Both the position numbers and the translations under genes were made by a program. A model generated the notes under the pieces. The model saw nothing but the letters and a program-made list of their open reading frames with translations. It did not search any database and was not told the origin of the DNA. Below are positions 45,028 through 54,535 of a stretch of DNA of 64,000 nt, piece by piece. Positions within the stretch are counted from its first letter, which is position 1, and each line of letters starts with the position of its first letter. The DNA is taken from sequence record PQ330092.1. The stretch is one strand, 5' to 3'.

Positions 45028-45252
45028 ATGGCTAACTTTGATGAACTGATGCGGGAAGTAGCTAACCTGGCAGAAGAGAAGAAATCATTCGATTCTATCT
45101 ATAACACCGCTCACCGTGATTCAGTACTGGCATGTAACCAGGATCAAAAAGATGAACTAATCGCCACCTATCATGAAGCATGGAAGTACTACCGACAATG
45201 GGAGAAAGAAGAAAGAGAGTCTACCATTGACGGCCTCAATAATCTAATCTAA
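45028..45252 (+). CDS. hypothetical (DTR copy 2)
   Basis: copy of 24914. Confidence 0.8.
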   Translation: MANFDELMREVANLAEEKKSFDSIYNTAHRDSVLACNQDQKDELIATYHEAWKYYRQWEKEERESTIDGLNNLI

Positions 45253-45328
45253 AAGTTTTATTTCAGTACTATTGACATAGCTTGATAGTACTGATGTAAT
45301 AACTTTACTAACTACAAGGGGAAACATA

Positions 45329-45586
45329 ATGGAACAGTTCACACAATATCGGGTAAATCCTCAAGCGATGGCCTACGTAGAAGACCATAAAACGTTACCA
45401 GTACTAACACCAATTAAAGGCCATATCTATCGTGCAATGTCGTGGTGTACGGCCCAGGATGGCTATAAAACCGTAGCCGTTGGTATGTATTGCGGTAATG
45501 GTGAATGGTTTGATCCAAATAATCCGGTAGCCATTGACAGTACTGAAAAAATGAAATGGGCCGACTACATCGAAGATATTTCATAA
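45329..45586 (+). CDS. hypothetical (DTR copy 2)
   Basis: copy of 25215. Confidence 0.8.
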   Translation: MEQFTQYRVNPQAMAYVEDHKTLPVLTPIKGHIYRAMSWCTAQDGYKTVAVGMYCGNGEWFDPNNPVAIDSTEKMKWADYIEDIS

Positions 45587-45675
45587 AACTATTTGACAGT
45601 ACTAACCAGTAATGTATAATGTTTTACATAGAGCGGGGGAATAGTTCTCCCGCCAATAGTTTGGAGTAAAATATT

Positions 45676-45876
45676 ATGTCTATCGCTCTCGCCCTGGTTG
45701 AAGTACTGAAAGAAGCTAAAGCCAACCTTATCGATGTACAGATTAAGGAATTGCAAAACGGCTTAATCGGCTGTACTTGTACCGCTGGCGGTGCGGCAGA
45801 CTATCGAGAACACGAATCACTCGAATCACTGGTTCGGTATCTTACCATGATCGTTGATGATTGGAGAATCATCTAA
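45676..45876 (+). CDS. hypothetical (DTR copy 2)
   Basis: copy of 25562. Confidence 0.8.
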   Translation: MSIALALVEVLKEAKANLIDVQIKELQNGLIGCTCTAGGAADYREHESLESLVRYLTMIVDDWRII

Positions 45877-46121
45877 CAAAAAAGAATAAAAAAAGGGATT
45901 GACTCCGGTCAGTCCCTTTGCTATTATATACGCATAGACAAAAACTAGCCCACAGGGTGCATAGGTGTATCTAAAATATATAGTTAATAACGGTGAGTAA
46001 CTATCTGCTGGTGGAACTAAAACTATTAATAAAAAAGTATTGACAAAGTATATCAGTACTGCGATAATGTATCTCGTAGGGCGGCAATGGTGCGACGGCC
46101 CACAAAGTTAGGAGCTTCAAA

Positions 46122-46454
46122 ATGACTACTTCAATCGCTATCGTTAAAGCTTTCATCCGTACCAATGTTTCTTCTGTATTCATCGACGGTATGGATCGGG
46201 AAGTAGAATACTCAATCATTATCGCACAGACTGCAAACGGTGCTCGGTATATCCTTAATGATAGTGAAGCAAATCACTACTACTTCACTAAAGCCACTGG
46301 CTTTAAACGCATCGATGCTGATGTAGTATACGCTAAGATGAATAAGCTGGTAGACAAGATTAACGCTAAAGGCACTATTGATTTACAGTACTGGACCGAA
46401 ACCGATCCAGAATATGGATCTCACCGCTACCTGAATCCAGGAATTAAAATGTAA
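46122..46454 (+). CDS. hypothetical (DTR copy 2)
   Basis: copy of 26008. Confidence 0.8.
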   Translation: MTTSIAIVKAFIRTNVSSVFIDGMDREVEYSIIIAQTANGARYILNDSEANHYYFTKATGFKRIDADVVYAKMNKLVDKINAKGTIDLQYWTETDPEYGSHRYLNPGIKM

Positions 46455-46543
46455 AAAGTACTTGCATAGTACTTAGATTCATGTATAATGTTTTACATAG
46501 AGAGGGGGAAATGGTTCTCCCTCCTAAATTAAGGAGTTTTATC

Positions 46544-46945
46544 ATGACCTTCTCAATCACTTCCTTCGCTGACGTTTTAGTACTGGCTCGGACTTTTGGT
46601 AAAGATGCACTGGAGTACGCTGTAAGTAATGGCACTATCCAACCGGAACAGTGCCGCATCATTGGAAACTGCAAACGTTGGGCGGTATCCAATACTATTG
46701 CACTGGAAAACTTCCACGATGGCAACAATGAATATTCTGTTGATGTAGTATTCGAAGCCGTTGATCTCGGCGGTATCTATAATACTAACCTGAATGATGT
46801 GCGTATCGTTCGCACGGGGTTCGGTGCTTATGATGTATCTATTCGTGAAGCTATGAACACCGGATACATTAGCAAGGACTTACTTGCTCACATCATGCAG
46901 CTGTGTACGGAACGTAACGAAGCACGCACAATCTTAGGACTGTAA
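46544..46945 (+). CDS. hypothetical (DTR copy 2)
   Basis: copy of 26430. Confidence 0.8.
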   Translation: MTFSITSFADVLVLARTFGKDALEYAVSNGTIQPEQCRIIGNCKRWAVSNTIALENFHDGNNEYSVDVVFEAVDLGGIYNTNLNDVRIVRTGFGAYDVSIREAMNTGYISKDLLAHIMQLCTERNEARTILGL

Positions 46946-47013
46946 GCGTTACACATCACCAAACATCATAGGCCGCTCTCTAGCGGCCTTAACTATATCA
47001 GGAGTACATACAC

Positions 47014-47223
47014 ATGATCTATACAGTATACAGCGTCCTAGGCACTATTGCAGGCGTACATGATAACGTCGATAGTGCTATGCGTACAGTACTGCAACAG
47101 GTTCCACTAAAGCCTAAGACCATTAAGCAGATGACAGCACGACTAACCAGGGCGACCGATGGCGTGGAAGTATGGCAGGACTACGGGGATACACAGATAA
47201 TCGTTAGCGTAACGAAGGATTAA
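47014..47223 (+). CDS. hypothetical (DTR copy 2)
   Basis: copy of 26900. Confidence 0.75.
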   Translation: MIYTVYSVLGTIAGVHDNVDSAMRTVLQQVPLKPKTIKQMTARLTRATDGVEVWQDYGDTQIIVSVTKD

Positions 47224-47414
47224 TGCGTAAAGGGATCTAGTACTGATTCAGAAAAAAGTCAAGGCGTTTTTAAAATTATGCGTTAAAAAAATGCATAGGT
47301 AATCCCTTGACTTTTTTGAAATAAAAGGGATTGGACTATGGCAAAATGCGTAGGGGGCTAAAGGGCGGGTAACCTTAGCGACTTCGATAAAGGGGTATTA
47401 CGAATAAAATGTTA

Positions 47415-47442
47415 TTGATTTTTTATACGAATCGTATATTAT
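47415..47442 (+). promoter_or_regulatory. probable promoter of the LGTxxQE array with a palindrome in the spacer
   Basis: TTGATT-16-TATTAT; TATACG-aat-CGTATA overlaps spacer/-10. Confidence 0.5.
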
Positions 47443-47472
47443 AGGATTGATATTATTTTTAATGGAGTCCCT

Positions 47473-47670
47473 ATGCGTATTTTAACTAAAGAACAGCACC
47501 ACGAAAGACTTATCAATAACATGGCTATGATAATGTATAAGTCCCATGACCGTGGTATTGCCTATAAGCGTGAATTAATTATGGCACTATTCATTGGAAC
47601 TAACTTTCAGGAAAGGTATGTCAACGATTGGATTTGGTATTTAATTGAAGATATAACGAGTAAACTATGA
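47473..47670 (+). CDS. LGTxxQE-family paralogue 1
   Basis: FIGTNFQE; SD GGAG. Confidence 0.85.
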   Translation: MRILTKEQHHERLINNMAMIMYKSHDRGIAYKRELIMALFIGTNFQERYVNDWIWYLIEDITSKL

Positions 47671-47867
47671 AAATGCGTATTTTAAATAAAGAAGAATATC
47701 AATCACTGTTACGTAAAAACTTCACAAAGATTTATAATACAGACACACACGTAGAACGAATGGAGTTATACCTTTTGATTACTTTGGGAACTAACTATCA
47801 GGAAAGATGGGTGATTCAATATATGGATACATTGAAAAATAAAATATTGTCCACGAGGAAACAATGA
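47667..47867 (+). CDS. LGTxxQE-family paralogue 2
   Basis: TLGTNYQE. Confidence 0.85.
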   Translation: MKMRILNKEEYQSLLRKNFTKIYNTDTHVERMELYLLITLGTNYQERWVIQYMDTLKNKILSTRKQ

Positions 47868-48073
47868 AAACTATAACACGAACCCAATCATACGGTCTTA
47901 TCTTGAAATACATGGACTTAATGGTGGATATCAGCAAAGACCTTCCTAAAACTGAAATTCAAGTTGCAAGAGCAGAGATCCGTATGTTGGCTGTACTGAA
48001 CACAAACCATCAGGAAGAGTATGTTGAAGAATGGATTCGATTTTTAATAGAAGATATAAAGAGTAAATTATGA
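47864..48073 (+). CDS. LGTxxQE-family paralogue 3
   Basis: VLNTNHQE. Confidence 0.85.
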   Translation: MKTITRTQSYGLILKYMDLMVDISKDLPKTEIQVARAEIRMLAVLNTNHQEEYVEEWIRFLIEDIKSKL

Positions 48074-48285
48074 TTATTATAGAAAACTCATATCAATATA
48101 CTGAACGCATCGCTGCCAGACAACTTGAAATCCTCATAATATACGAAGAGACTTCTGATTTAAACTTAGCCGAGGTATTGGAAAATGATATACTATTGGG
48201 TGCATTCTTAGGAACAGACTATCAGAAGTATTATGAGGAAAAGTATTTGTCATCTCTTGAGAAATATATCAGGAGCAAATTATGA
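48070..48285 (+). CDS. LGTxxQE-family paralogue 4
   Basis: FLGTDYQK. Confidence 0.85.
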   Translation: MIIIENSYQYTERIAARQLEILIIYEETSDLNLAEVLENDILLGAFLGTDYQKYYEEKYLSSLEKYIRSKL

Positions 48286-48494
48286 TTTTTTTAACACCAG
48301 AAGAATATAAGAAACGTTTCAATTCCGCACAGGGTGAAATCTTACTTATATACCTTTCAAATGCAGACCTTAACTTATCAAGGGTATTAGAAAAAGATTT
48401 ACTTATGGGTGCATTCCTTGATACAGACTTTCAGGTGTATTATGTAGGGGAATACTTAATTGCACTTCAGAATTATATCAGGAGTAAACTATGA
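48282..48494 (+). CDS. LGTxxQE-family paralogue 5
   Basis: FLDTDFQV; close to paralogue 4. Confidence 0.85.
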   Translation: MIFLTPEEYKKRFNSAQGEILLIYLSNADLNLSRVLEKDLLMGAFLDTDFQVYYVGEYLIALQNYIRSKL

Positions 48495-48718
48495 AACATT
48501 TAAGTAATATTGAGAAGATGAGAATTATCATTGATGCATTAAACAAATACGATACCCTTTTACAAATAAAAGGTTTAACTCGATTGGAACACAAGATAAA
48601 CACCACCGATGTACGCATGTTGGCTGTACTGGGGACAAACTATCAGGAAGGTTATGTTCATGAGCACATAGTTGCACTCACTAATTACATAATGGACAAA
48701 TGTAATGAACATCATTAA
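48491..48718 (+). CDS. LGTxxQE-family paralogue 6
   Basis: VLGTNYQE. Confidence 0.85.
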   Translation: MKHLSNIEKMRIIIDALNKYDTLLQIKGLTRLEHKINTTDVRMLAVLGTNYQEGYVHEHIVALTNYIMDKCNEHH

Positions 48719-48929
48719 TAACTTTGAATACGAGGCCCGTGCTAAGAGTGCCAGAAAAAAAGAGAACACCATTTACTTCACTATGATGTACTTACAATGG
48801 ACTGAAATTGAAGAAAAGGTTGCTGAAGTATGGATGTTGGAATTCATGGGGACGCAGTATCAGAATAGGTTTGCGGGTGAGTATATCAATGTTCTTATGA
48901 AACAAATAGAAAGAAAGGAAAAGAACTAA
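48705..48929 (+). CDS. LGTxxQE-family paralogue 7
   Basis: FMGTQYQN. Confidence 0.85.
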   Translation: MNIINNFEYEARAKSARKKENTIYFTMMYLQWTEIEEKVAEVWMLEFMGTQYQNRFAGEYINVLMKQIERKEKN

Positions 48930-49087
48930 TGGTTTTCATTAACATATCTGACCAACTCGATACTAAACTAGAAGTCGAGCAGAGTGAGGGATGGATGCTG
49001 TACTTTCTTGGAACTTCTCATCAAAATTTTTATATCCATGAACACATAGTTGCACTCACAAATCTAATAAGGGATAAATGTAAATGA
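48929..49087 (+). CDS. LGTxxQE-family paralogue 8, shortened 52 aa (below cutoff)
   Basis: Hand translation ...FLGTSHQNFYIHEHIVALTNLIRDKCK*. Confidence 0.7.
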   Translation: MVFINISDQLDTKLEVEQSEGWMLYFLGTSHQNFYIHEHIVALTNLIRDKCK

Positions 49088-49341
49088 AACACTTAACACA
49101 AGATGAATTTGAAACTATAATTCGTAAACTAACCCCCATCACAAGGATAGTCTACGGTGACCCCAGCCTTACATGGAACCAAATGCGAGCTAAAGTTAAT
49201 GAGCTATGGTTGCTGTACTTTATGGGGACTCAATATCAAGATAAGTTTTGCACAGAATATATCGAACAATTAACGAATGTTATACAGGATAAACTAGATG
49301 ATTATTTGCTCACAAAACATGAAGACTTTATCAGGAGTTGA
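49084..49341 (+). CDS. LGTxxQE-family paralogue 9
   Basis: FMGTQYQD. Confidence 0.85.
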   Translation: MKHLTQDEFETIIRKLTPITRIVYGDPSLTWNQMRAKVNELWLLYFMGTQYQDKFCTEYIEQLTNVIQDKLDDYLLTKHEDFIRS

Positions 49342-49570
49342 GTATCAAACTGCCCTATTCTCTTTAATCCATGCCCTTAGAAAAAACAATGCCTTATATG
49401 GTGCACCTGAAGTGGATGTTATCAACGGTGAACTTTATCTTATGAAATTCATTGGAACAAACTATCAAGATCTGTTCATTCAACGATACTTATCAGCATT
49501 AAGAAACCAAATCCAATATAAAACCCAGAGAGCCAAAAAAGAATGGAATAAACAATGCGACACAGACTAA
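49319..49570 (+). CDS. LGTxxQE-family paralogue 10
   Basis: MKTLSGVEY start; FIGTNYQD. Confidence 0.8.
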   Translation: MKTLSGVEYQTALFSLIHALRKNNALYGAPEVDVINGELYLMKFIGTNYQDLFIQRYLSALRNQIQYKTQRAKKEWNKQCDTD

Positions 49571-49806
49571 ATCACAAAATGTATTGTAAACTATTGCAGA
49601 CACTGGCACAGAAACACTATGACACGGTATCTGAAATATTACCCTATGATATCATGCGTTTACTTCACTGTGAGGCCGAGATGCTTGTACTGATGACAGG
49701 CACTGATAAAAAAGCAATTGCCAAATCAATAGATATGTTCATCGAAGCACAATGTCAACACATTAGAACCGAGATATGGAGACGAGAGAATGATAACACT
49801 AAATGA
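49555..49806 (+). CDS. LGTxxQE-family paralogue 11 (divergent)
   Basis: EAEMLVLMTGTDKK. Confidence 0.7.
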   Translation: MRHRLNHKMYCKLLQTLAQKHYDTVSEILPYDIMRLLHCEAEMLVLMTGTDKKAIAKSIDMFIEAQCQHIRTEIWRRENDNTK

Positions 49807-50005
49807 GTTTCAGTATCATTGGAGGTTACAAGCTATAAGAAGGAAAGTTGTTAGTATTTCTTTAGACAAGTCTATTGCACAAGAGGACAAATGTGTTATA
49901 ATAGCTGAAATGAAGTTGGGTGCTTTCGTAGGGACAAACTATCAAAACATCTACACTGACGTATTGTTAAGTGCCTTACGTAACAAGGTGATATCAAAAG
50001 AATGA
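49790..50005 (+). CDS. LGTxxQE-family paralogue 12
   Basis: FVGTNYQN. Confidence 0.85.
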   Translation: MITLNEFQYHWRLQAIRRKVVSISLDKSIAQEDKCVIIAEMKLGAFVGTNYQNIYTDVLLSALRNKVISKE

Positions 50006-50220
50006 GAAATTTACAAGGCTTTGAATACATCAGACTCCTGAAAACATGCACCAGCAGAAGGAAAATCTTATCAAGCGATAAGAGCATCCAAGCTAACCTT
50101 AAGCACGCACTAGTAACTGAACTCTATGTAGGTGCACTCTTAGGCACAAACTATCAACAAATGTATGTAGATCTATGGATTGACGCTCTACAGAAAGAGG
50201 TTAAAAGTAAATGCAAATGA
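50002..50220 (+). CDS. LGTxxQE-family paralogue 13
   Basis: LLGTNYQQ. Confidence 0.85.
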   Translation: MRNLQGFEYIRLLKTCTSRRKILSSDKSIQANLKHALVTELYVGALLGTNYQQMYVDLWIDALQKEVKSKCK

Positions 50221-50429
50221 TTAATTTAAGTAAAGACGAATTTTATGTTATACTGGCGAAAACTTATCCAGCACGTAAGGCCGTTTATGATAGTCACATT
50301 ATTGAACCCTCAAAGAAGTTGATTTTAGTAAATGAGATAAAGATGCTTTCAGTCTTAGGAACAAACTATCAAGAGAATGCTGTACTGATGTTAATTGATG
50401 CCCTCCAGAGAGAGGTTAAACGTAAATGA
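50211..50429 (+). CDS. LGTxxQE-family paralogue 14
   Basis: VLGTNYQE. Confidence 0.85.
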   Translation: MQMINLSKDEFYVILAKTYPARKAVYDSHIIEPSKKLILVNEIKMLSVLGTNYQENAVLMLIDALQREVKRK

Positions 50430-50656
50430 AAATGATTAATTTAACTTACCATGAATATCAAAAACGTTTAAATGCATCCAGAGATATAAGGATTCAAATA
50501 TTCAATAACAAAAAATTGAAACCTGATACCAGAAGAATCAAAATCATAGAAGCCGTGTTGTGTAACTTCCTAGGGACTAACTATCAGGAAGGTAAGGTAG
50601 AAAACTATCTTATAGAACTCATGAATAGTATTGAAAATAAATGTAAGGGTAATTAA
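50426..50656 (+). CDS. LGTxxQE-family paralogue 15
   Basis: FLGTNYQE. Confidence 0.85.
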   Translation: MKMINLTYHEYQKRLNASRDIRIQIFNNKKLKPDTRRIKIIEAVLCNFLGTNYQEGKVENYLIELMNSIENKCKGN

Positions 50657-50657
50657 C

Positions 50658-50897
50658 ATGAAAATGATTAAATTATCTCAAGCAAAATATAAAGAACGCC
50701 TGGTGAAAATTGCACCTGGACTTAATGAAATCCATCACGGAGAAGTCATTAAACACGGAAATAAGATGATTATGAAACTTGAGTTAAAGGTGGGTGCATT
50801 CATAGGAACAAACTATCAGGAGTATTATGTAGATGAATACATAATCGCACTTAAGAGATATATTGGAAGAAAACTATATCTACAAACTAAAGAATAG
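50658..50897 (+). CDS. LGTxxQE-family paralogue 16
   Basis: MKMIKLSQ start; FIGTNYQE. Confidence 0.85.
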   Translation: MKMIKLSQAKYKERLVKIAPGLNEIHHGEVIKHGNKMIMKLELKVGAFIGTNYQEYYVDEYIIALKRYIGRKLYLQTKE

Positions 50898-50926
50898 TAT
50901 TGAAAATAAATGTAAGGGTAATTAAC

Positions 50927-51190
50927 ATGCAAATGATCAATTTAAGTAAAGATGAATATACCGAGCGTATGACAAAAATTACGCACAAACGTAATACAAT
51001 CTATCACAACCCAGAAATTCAACACAGTAAGAAAATGATTATGATGCGTGAGTTAAAGATGGGTGTATTCTTAGGAACAAACTATCAAGATACAGAAGTA
51101 AATCGCTTAATCGCGGAGTTACTACTGGAAATCAGAGGTAAGCTGTACTTTCATCAAATGACCCAACCACTGAGGTGTACTAAGAAATGA
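50927..51190 (+). CDS. LGTxxQE-family paralogue 17
   Basis: MQMINLSK start; FLGTNYQD. Confidence 0.85.
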   Translation: MQMINLSKDEYTERMTKITHKRNTIYHNPEIQHSKKMIMMRELKMGVFLGTNYQDTEVNRLIAELLLEIRGKLYFHQMTQPLRCTKK

Positions 51191-51402
51191 TCAACATCAC
51201 ATTGCAAGAAAGATTCATCCGAATCAACTATGCAATTACCAAATTAGATGCTACTATAGGATTCCAAAGTCTACCATACAAAACCAGATTGTTATTAGAG
51301 TGTGAAGCTAAGTTGGGTGTACTATTAGGGACGCAACACCAACAACGATATGTGGAAATCTGGATTGATCTTTTAACCCAGGATGTACATGAGAGAATGT
51401 AA
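51187..51402 (+). CDS. LGTxxQE-family paralogue 18
   Basis: LLGTQHQQ. Confidence 0.85.
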   Translation: MINITLQERFIRINYAITKLDATIGFQSLPYKTRLLLECEAKLGVLLGTQHQQRYVEIWIDLLTQDVHERM

Positions 51403-51657
51403 ATGCAAAATGAAATGATATACTTAACCTATAATGAATACGTCGAGAGATTAGTTCGTGCCAAGAGATATACCAATAAACGTCCAATTGACCTAAACCA
51501 AACCCCTGCCGAAAGGAGTGCAGAAGTTTTATTCCAATCACTACCATACCTTCTTGGAACTGATAGACAAGAGGAATATGTTGCACGTATGATTAGATAT
51601 CTTAAAATCACTATTAAGGAAAAAGTAAATGCAAATGAAATACTTAACAGACGATGA
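51403..51657 (+). CDS. LGTxxQE-family paralogue 19
   Basis: AERSAEVL...LLGTDRQE. Confidence 0.85.
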   Translation: MQNEMIYLTYNEYVERLVRAKRYTNKRPIDLNQTPAERSAEVLFQSLPYLLGTDRQEEYVARMIRYLKITIKEKVNANEILNRR

Positions 51658-51880
51658 GTTAAAAGAACGACTAATTAAATCCAGAAAACTTACAAATCAA
51701 CTTCCAAACGACACAAACAAGTCACATGCCGAAAGGAGTGCAGAAGTTTTATACATTCAACTCATGTACTTTCTTGGCACTGACAGACAAGAGTATTACA
51801 TTGAAAGTATGCTTCGATATCTTAAATTCTCTATAAAGGAAAAGATACATGCTCAAGAATTTAAAAATCCTAACAGTTAA
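51629..51880 (+). CDS. LGTxxQE-family paralogue 20
   Basis: AERSAEVL...FLGTDRQE; recent duplicate of 19. Confidence 0.85.
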   Translation: MQMKYLTDDELKERLIKSRKLTNQLPNDTNKSHAERSAEVLYIQLMYFLGTDRQEYYIESMLRYLKFSIKEKIHAQEFKNPNS

Positions 51881-52091
51881 TGAATATCATACGATTGTAA
51901 TGAAAACTAATAGTGCAATTTCTAAAAAATCAAACCCCAAGTACATACTGGAACACACATTCGAAGAACGTCAATTAGCTTTAGTTGAAGCAAAACTTCT
52001 TGCACTCCTAGGAACAAACTATCAGGAAGAATACATCAGAAAACTAATATACCTTTTAACTAAACATATAAGAAAAAGAAAAAATGCATGA
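51849..52091 (+). CDS. LGTxxQE-family paralogue 21
   Basis: LLGTNYQE. Confidence 0.85.
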   Translation: MLKNLKILTVNEYHTIVMKTNSAISKKSNPKYILEHTFEERQLALVEAKLLALLGTNYQEEYIRKLIYLLTKHIRKRKNA

Positions 52092-52318
52092 AACACTTGA
52101 CAGATGATGAACATGGACTTATAGTAATGGATGTAATCAACATCGAATACAAAAAGTTGATACGCTACCGTTGTTATGAAGATAAGCAACTCGTTCTAGC
52201 AGAACAGAAGTTGTTTCGACTCTTAAACACAAACTTCCAAGCACAATACGAAGAATCGTATATGTACCTTTTGGCGAGGAAAGCAAAAAGAGATTATGAA
52301 AATTTTAAGCAAAGGTGA
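52088..52318 (+). CDS. LGTxxQE-family paralogue 22
   Basis: LLNTNFQA. Confidence 0.85.
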   Translation: MKHLTDDEHGLIVMDVINIEYKKLIRYRCYEDKQLVLAEQKLFRLLNTNFQAQYEESYMYLLARKAKRDYENFKQR

Positions 52319-52517
52319 TTCAGTAATATTACTTATAGAGAGTTCAAGTAAATTCTTAAACATAACACTGTCTGATATAGATGAAGATGACAAAGAAGTA
52401 CTGAGAGCAGATTTAAGAGTACTGTTACATATCGGAACAAACCTACAAGAAGAATATGTAGAGTGCTACATTAATGAACTTAAAGAATCAGTACTGAGAA
52501 AATGCAAATGCAAATGA
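52296..52517 (+). CDS. LGTxxQE-family paralogue 23
   Basis: HIGTNLQE. Confidence 0.85.
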   Translation: MKILSKGDSVILLIESSSKFLNITLSDIDEDDKEVLRADLRVLLHIGTNLQEEYVECYINELKESVLRKCKCK

Positions 52518-52741
52518 AAATCATTTCACCCACAGAATACAACCAACTATTAAGTAGTTTAATTCTAAAGCTGTTTATAACAAAAAGCATGAAATTACCA
52601 GATGATGAAATAAGTATTCTAGTAAGTGAAATCTATGTTCAAGCTACACTAGGGACTAACTATCAAGAATGCAATATTAATGATTACATCAATGAACTAA
52701 AAAGGTTTATCCAATGCAAATGCGAATCATTACCGAAGTAG
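52502..52741 (+). CDS. LGTxxQE-family paralogue 24
   Basis: EIYVQATLGTNYQE. Confidence 0.85.
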   Translation: MQMQMKIISPTEYNQLLSSLILKLFITKSMKLPDDEISILVSEIYVQATLGTNYQECNINDYINELKRFIQCKCESLPK

Positions 52742-52956
52742 AATACCTAACAATCATAAATGGACTGTTTTCGAAGTTATTTGCCATTAACACATCAAAA
52801 CTTCCAGATTCTGATAAAATTATTAAGTTAAATGAAATCTACGTTCAAGCTACTCTAGGAACAAACTATCAAGAAGCCAATGTGTATAATTACATTAATA
52901 CACTCAAAAGGGTAATACAATTAAAATGCACAGACAGCACACACACAAACCCCTAG
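52714..52956 (+). CDS. LGTxxQE-family paralogue 25
   Basis: EIYVQATLGTNYQE; recent duplicate of 24. Confidence 0.85.
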   Translation: MQMRIITEVEYLTIINGLFSKLFAINTSKLPDSDKIIKLNEIYVQATLGTNYQEANVYNYINTLKRVIQLKCTDSTHTNP

Positions 52957-53156
52957 GAACAGCAGAATACATTGAACTAATGGCTGCAAACTTCTCATCC
53001 TTTAAGAAACTGATGCAAGAATCAAAGAATGATTTAGAATATCACATCAAAAGTTCAGATTTAAGATTGCTACTCACTCTAGGAACAGATTCCCAAGAGC
53101 GATTTGTCAATGAGCATATTAGAGCACTTTTAAATGGCATCAGGAATAAACTATGA
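52926..53156 (+). CDS. LGTxxQE-family paralogue 26
   Basis: TLGTDSQE; start uncertain. Confidence 0.8.
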   Translation: MHRQHTHKPLGTAEYIELMAANFSSFKKLMQESKNDLEYHIKSSDLRLLLTLGTDSQERFVNEHIRALLNGIRNKL

Positions 53157-53368
53157 AGGAAATATCAAATCAAGAGTACTTGGCACTATTCAGGAAGAAT
53201 AATCACAAATATATGGCACTTGATTCAAGAACTGATATAAGTGAACTTGAAAAAAATCTTTTGCGTTCAGAGATGATAGTACTGACACTCTTAGGAACAC
53301 AGCATCAAGAGAGAACTGTTAATTCACACATAGGGATTCTTATGCAGATAGTTCAGGAAAAGATATGA
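53153..53368 (+). CDS. LGTxxQE-family paralogue 27
   Basis: LLGTQHQE. Confidence 0.85.
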   Translation: MKEISNQEYLALFRKNNHKYMALDSRTDISELEKNLLRSEMIVLTLLGTQHQERTVNSHIGILMQIVQEKI

Positions 53369-53586
53369 GAATCATAACACAACAAGATATTCTTAAGTTC
53401 ACAAGGGTTCATGCATCTGAATTTGATGCTATATTATCAAAAAGTTACAACAACCCTTATACACAAGATGTACATTACAGTGAATTATGGATGTATATAC
53501 TTTTAGGTACAAATAAGCAAGAGCAAGCCGTACAGAAGTATTTGACAGCTTTACGTGATGCTACTGCTAATGGAGTACATGTTTAA
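53365..53586 (+). CDS. LGTxxQE-family paralogue 28
   Basis: LLGTNKQE. Confidence 0.85.
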   Translation: MRIITQQDILKFTRVHASEFDAILSKSYNNPYTQDVHYSELWMYILLGTNKQEQAVQKYLTALRDATANGVHV

Positions 53587-53587
53587 T

Positions 53588-53830
53588 ATGAAAGTACTGA
53601 CAGAACTAGAAATGTATCATAGATTTAATAAGTACTATCATTTACTTAAGCCTATACAGAGGATTAAATGTCCATTTGAAGAGAAACAGGTTTTAATCTA
53701 TGAGCACAAGTTCTTTGTATCATTAGGTACAGATCAACAAGAGTACTATTTGACGTTGTACTTGATTACATTAATAGATTTAATTCACTATAAAACCAAA
53801 CAAGCTAATAAAGAGAAATATGAAAACTAA
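53588..53830 (+). CDS. LGTxxQE-family paralogue 29
   Basis: MKVLTELEMY start (uncertain); SLGTDQQE. Confidence 0.8.
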   Translation: MKVLTELEMYHRFNKYYHLLKPIQRIKCPFEEKQVLIYEHKFFVSLGTDQQEYYLTLYLITLIDLIHYKTKQANKEKYEN

Positions 53831-54164
53831 TATACAACTCAAGGTATATAAATCATTTGAACATACATATATCAAAAGTAGTCTATGTAGAGATGTAATG
53901 GATTACAAGGGTAAGCCATTCACAATTACCTATGATTCTTATGTTAGTGATTTATATATATCATTTGTTAATTACGAAAATAAAATATACAAGCACGTTG
54001 ATATTAAAGATTTAAGTACTTTATCACCAGAGGAATACTTTCAGGAATCATTAGTATGGGATTTAGAGTTTCCTATGCCATTAGTACATAAGATGATAGT
54101 ACTAATGAAAGAATCTAAACAGGAGCCTAATGGTGATTATGAAGAACACACAGTTGAGTATTAA
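53820..54164 (+). CDS. EExFQxSLV-motif protein
   Basis: LSTLSPEEYFQESLVWD. Confidence 0.85.
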   Translation: MKTNIQLKVYKSFEHTYIKSSLCRDVMDYKGKPFTITYDSYVSDLYISFVNYENKIYKHVDIKDLSTLSPEEYFQESLVWDLEFPMPLVHKMIVLMKESKQEPNGDYEEHTVEY

Positions 54165-54534
54165 AAGTACTGATAATATTAAGAGTTATACAAGCTCAAG
54201 TACTGTGACAATCGAAGTGAATTCTCTTAATGCTGGTAATACAGTAGATAAGTTCTTTATTGCTCAAGGGTACAGGAAAGATATTCATCAATATTGTTCA
54301 GTATATGGGGAGTACAATAGTACTGAAGATATAATTTATTGGTCAACACATCAAGATTATATAACTAAAATTGGCGTTCCAGATGTTAGTACTTTATCTG
54401 AAGAAGAATACTTTCAGTACAGCTTAGTACATGATGTACCTATACCTTTAGGGTTAATCAAGGGTATACAGGAAGAGGTTCATAAGCTTAAATCCATGAG
54501 TAAAGGTACTTTCATTAGAACAGTGCAGTACTAG
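54139..54534 (+). CDS. EExFQxSLV-motif protein
   Basis: VSTLSEEEYFQYSLVHD; SD GGTG. Confidence 0.85.
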   Translation: MKNTQLSIKSTDNIKSYTSSSTVTIEVNSLNAGNTVDKFFIAQGYRKDIHQYCSVYGEYNSTEDIIYWSTHQDYITKIGVPDVSTLSEEEYFQYSLVHDVPIPLGLIKGIQEEVHKLKSMSKGTFIRTVQY

Positions 54535-54535
54535 C

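Larger units (their letters stand above)
27262..47375 (+). repeat. 20,114-bp direct repeat, copy 2 (probable DTR, left genome end)
   Basis: Abuts copy 1 with no spacer. All promoters, RNAs and Chi sites listed for copy 1 recur at +20114. Confidence 0.95.

Noticed and set aside
7148-47375. A biological 20-kb internal tandem duplication
   Set aside because: Zero-spacer perfect copies with terminus-like signals at the boundary are more simply explained by a DTR seen across joined ends; needs reads to settle
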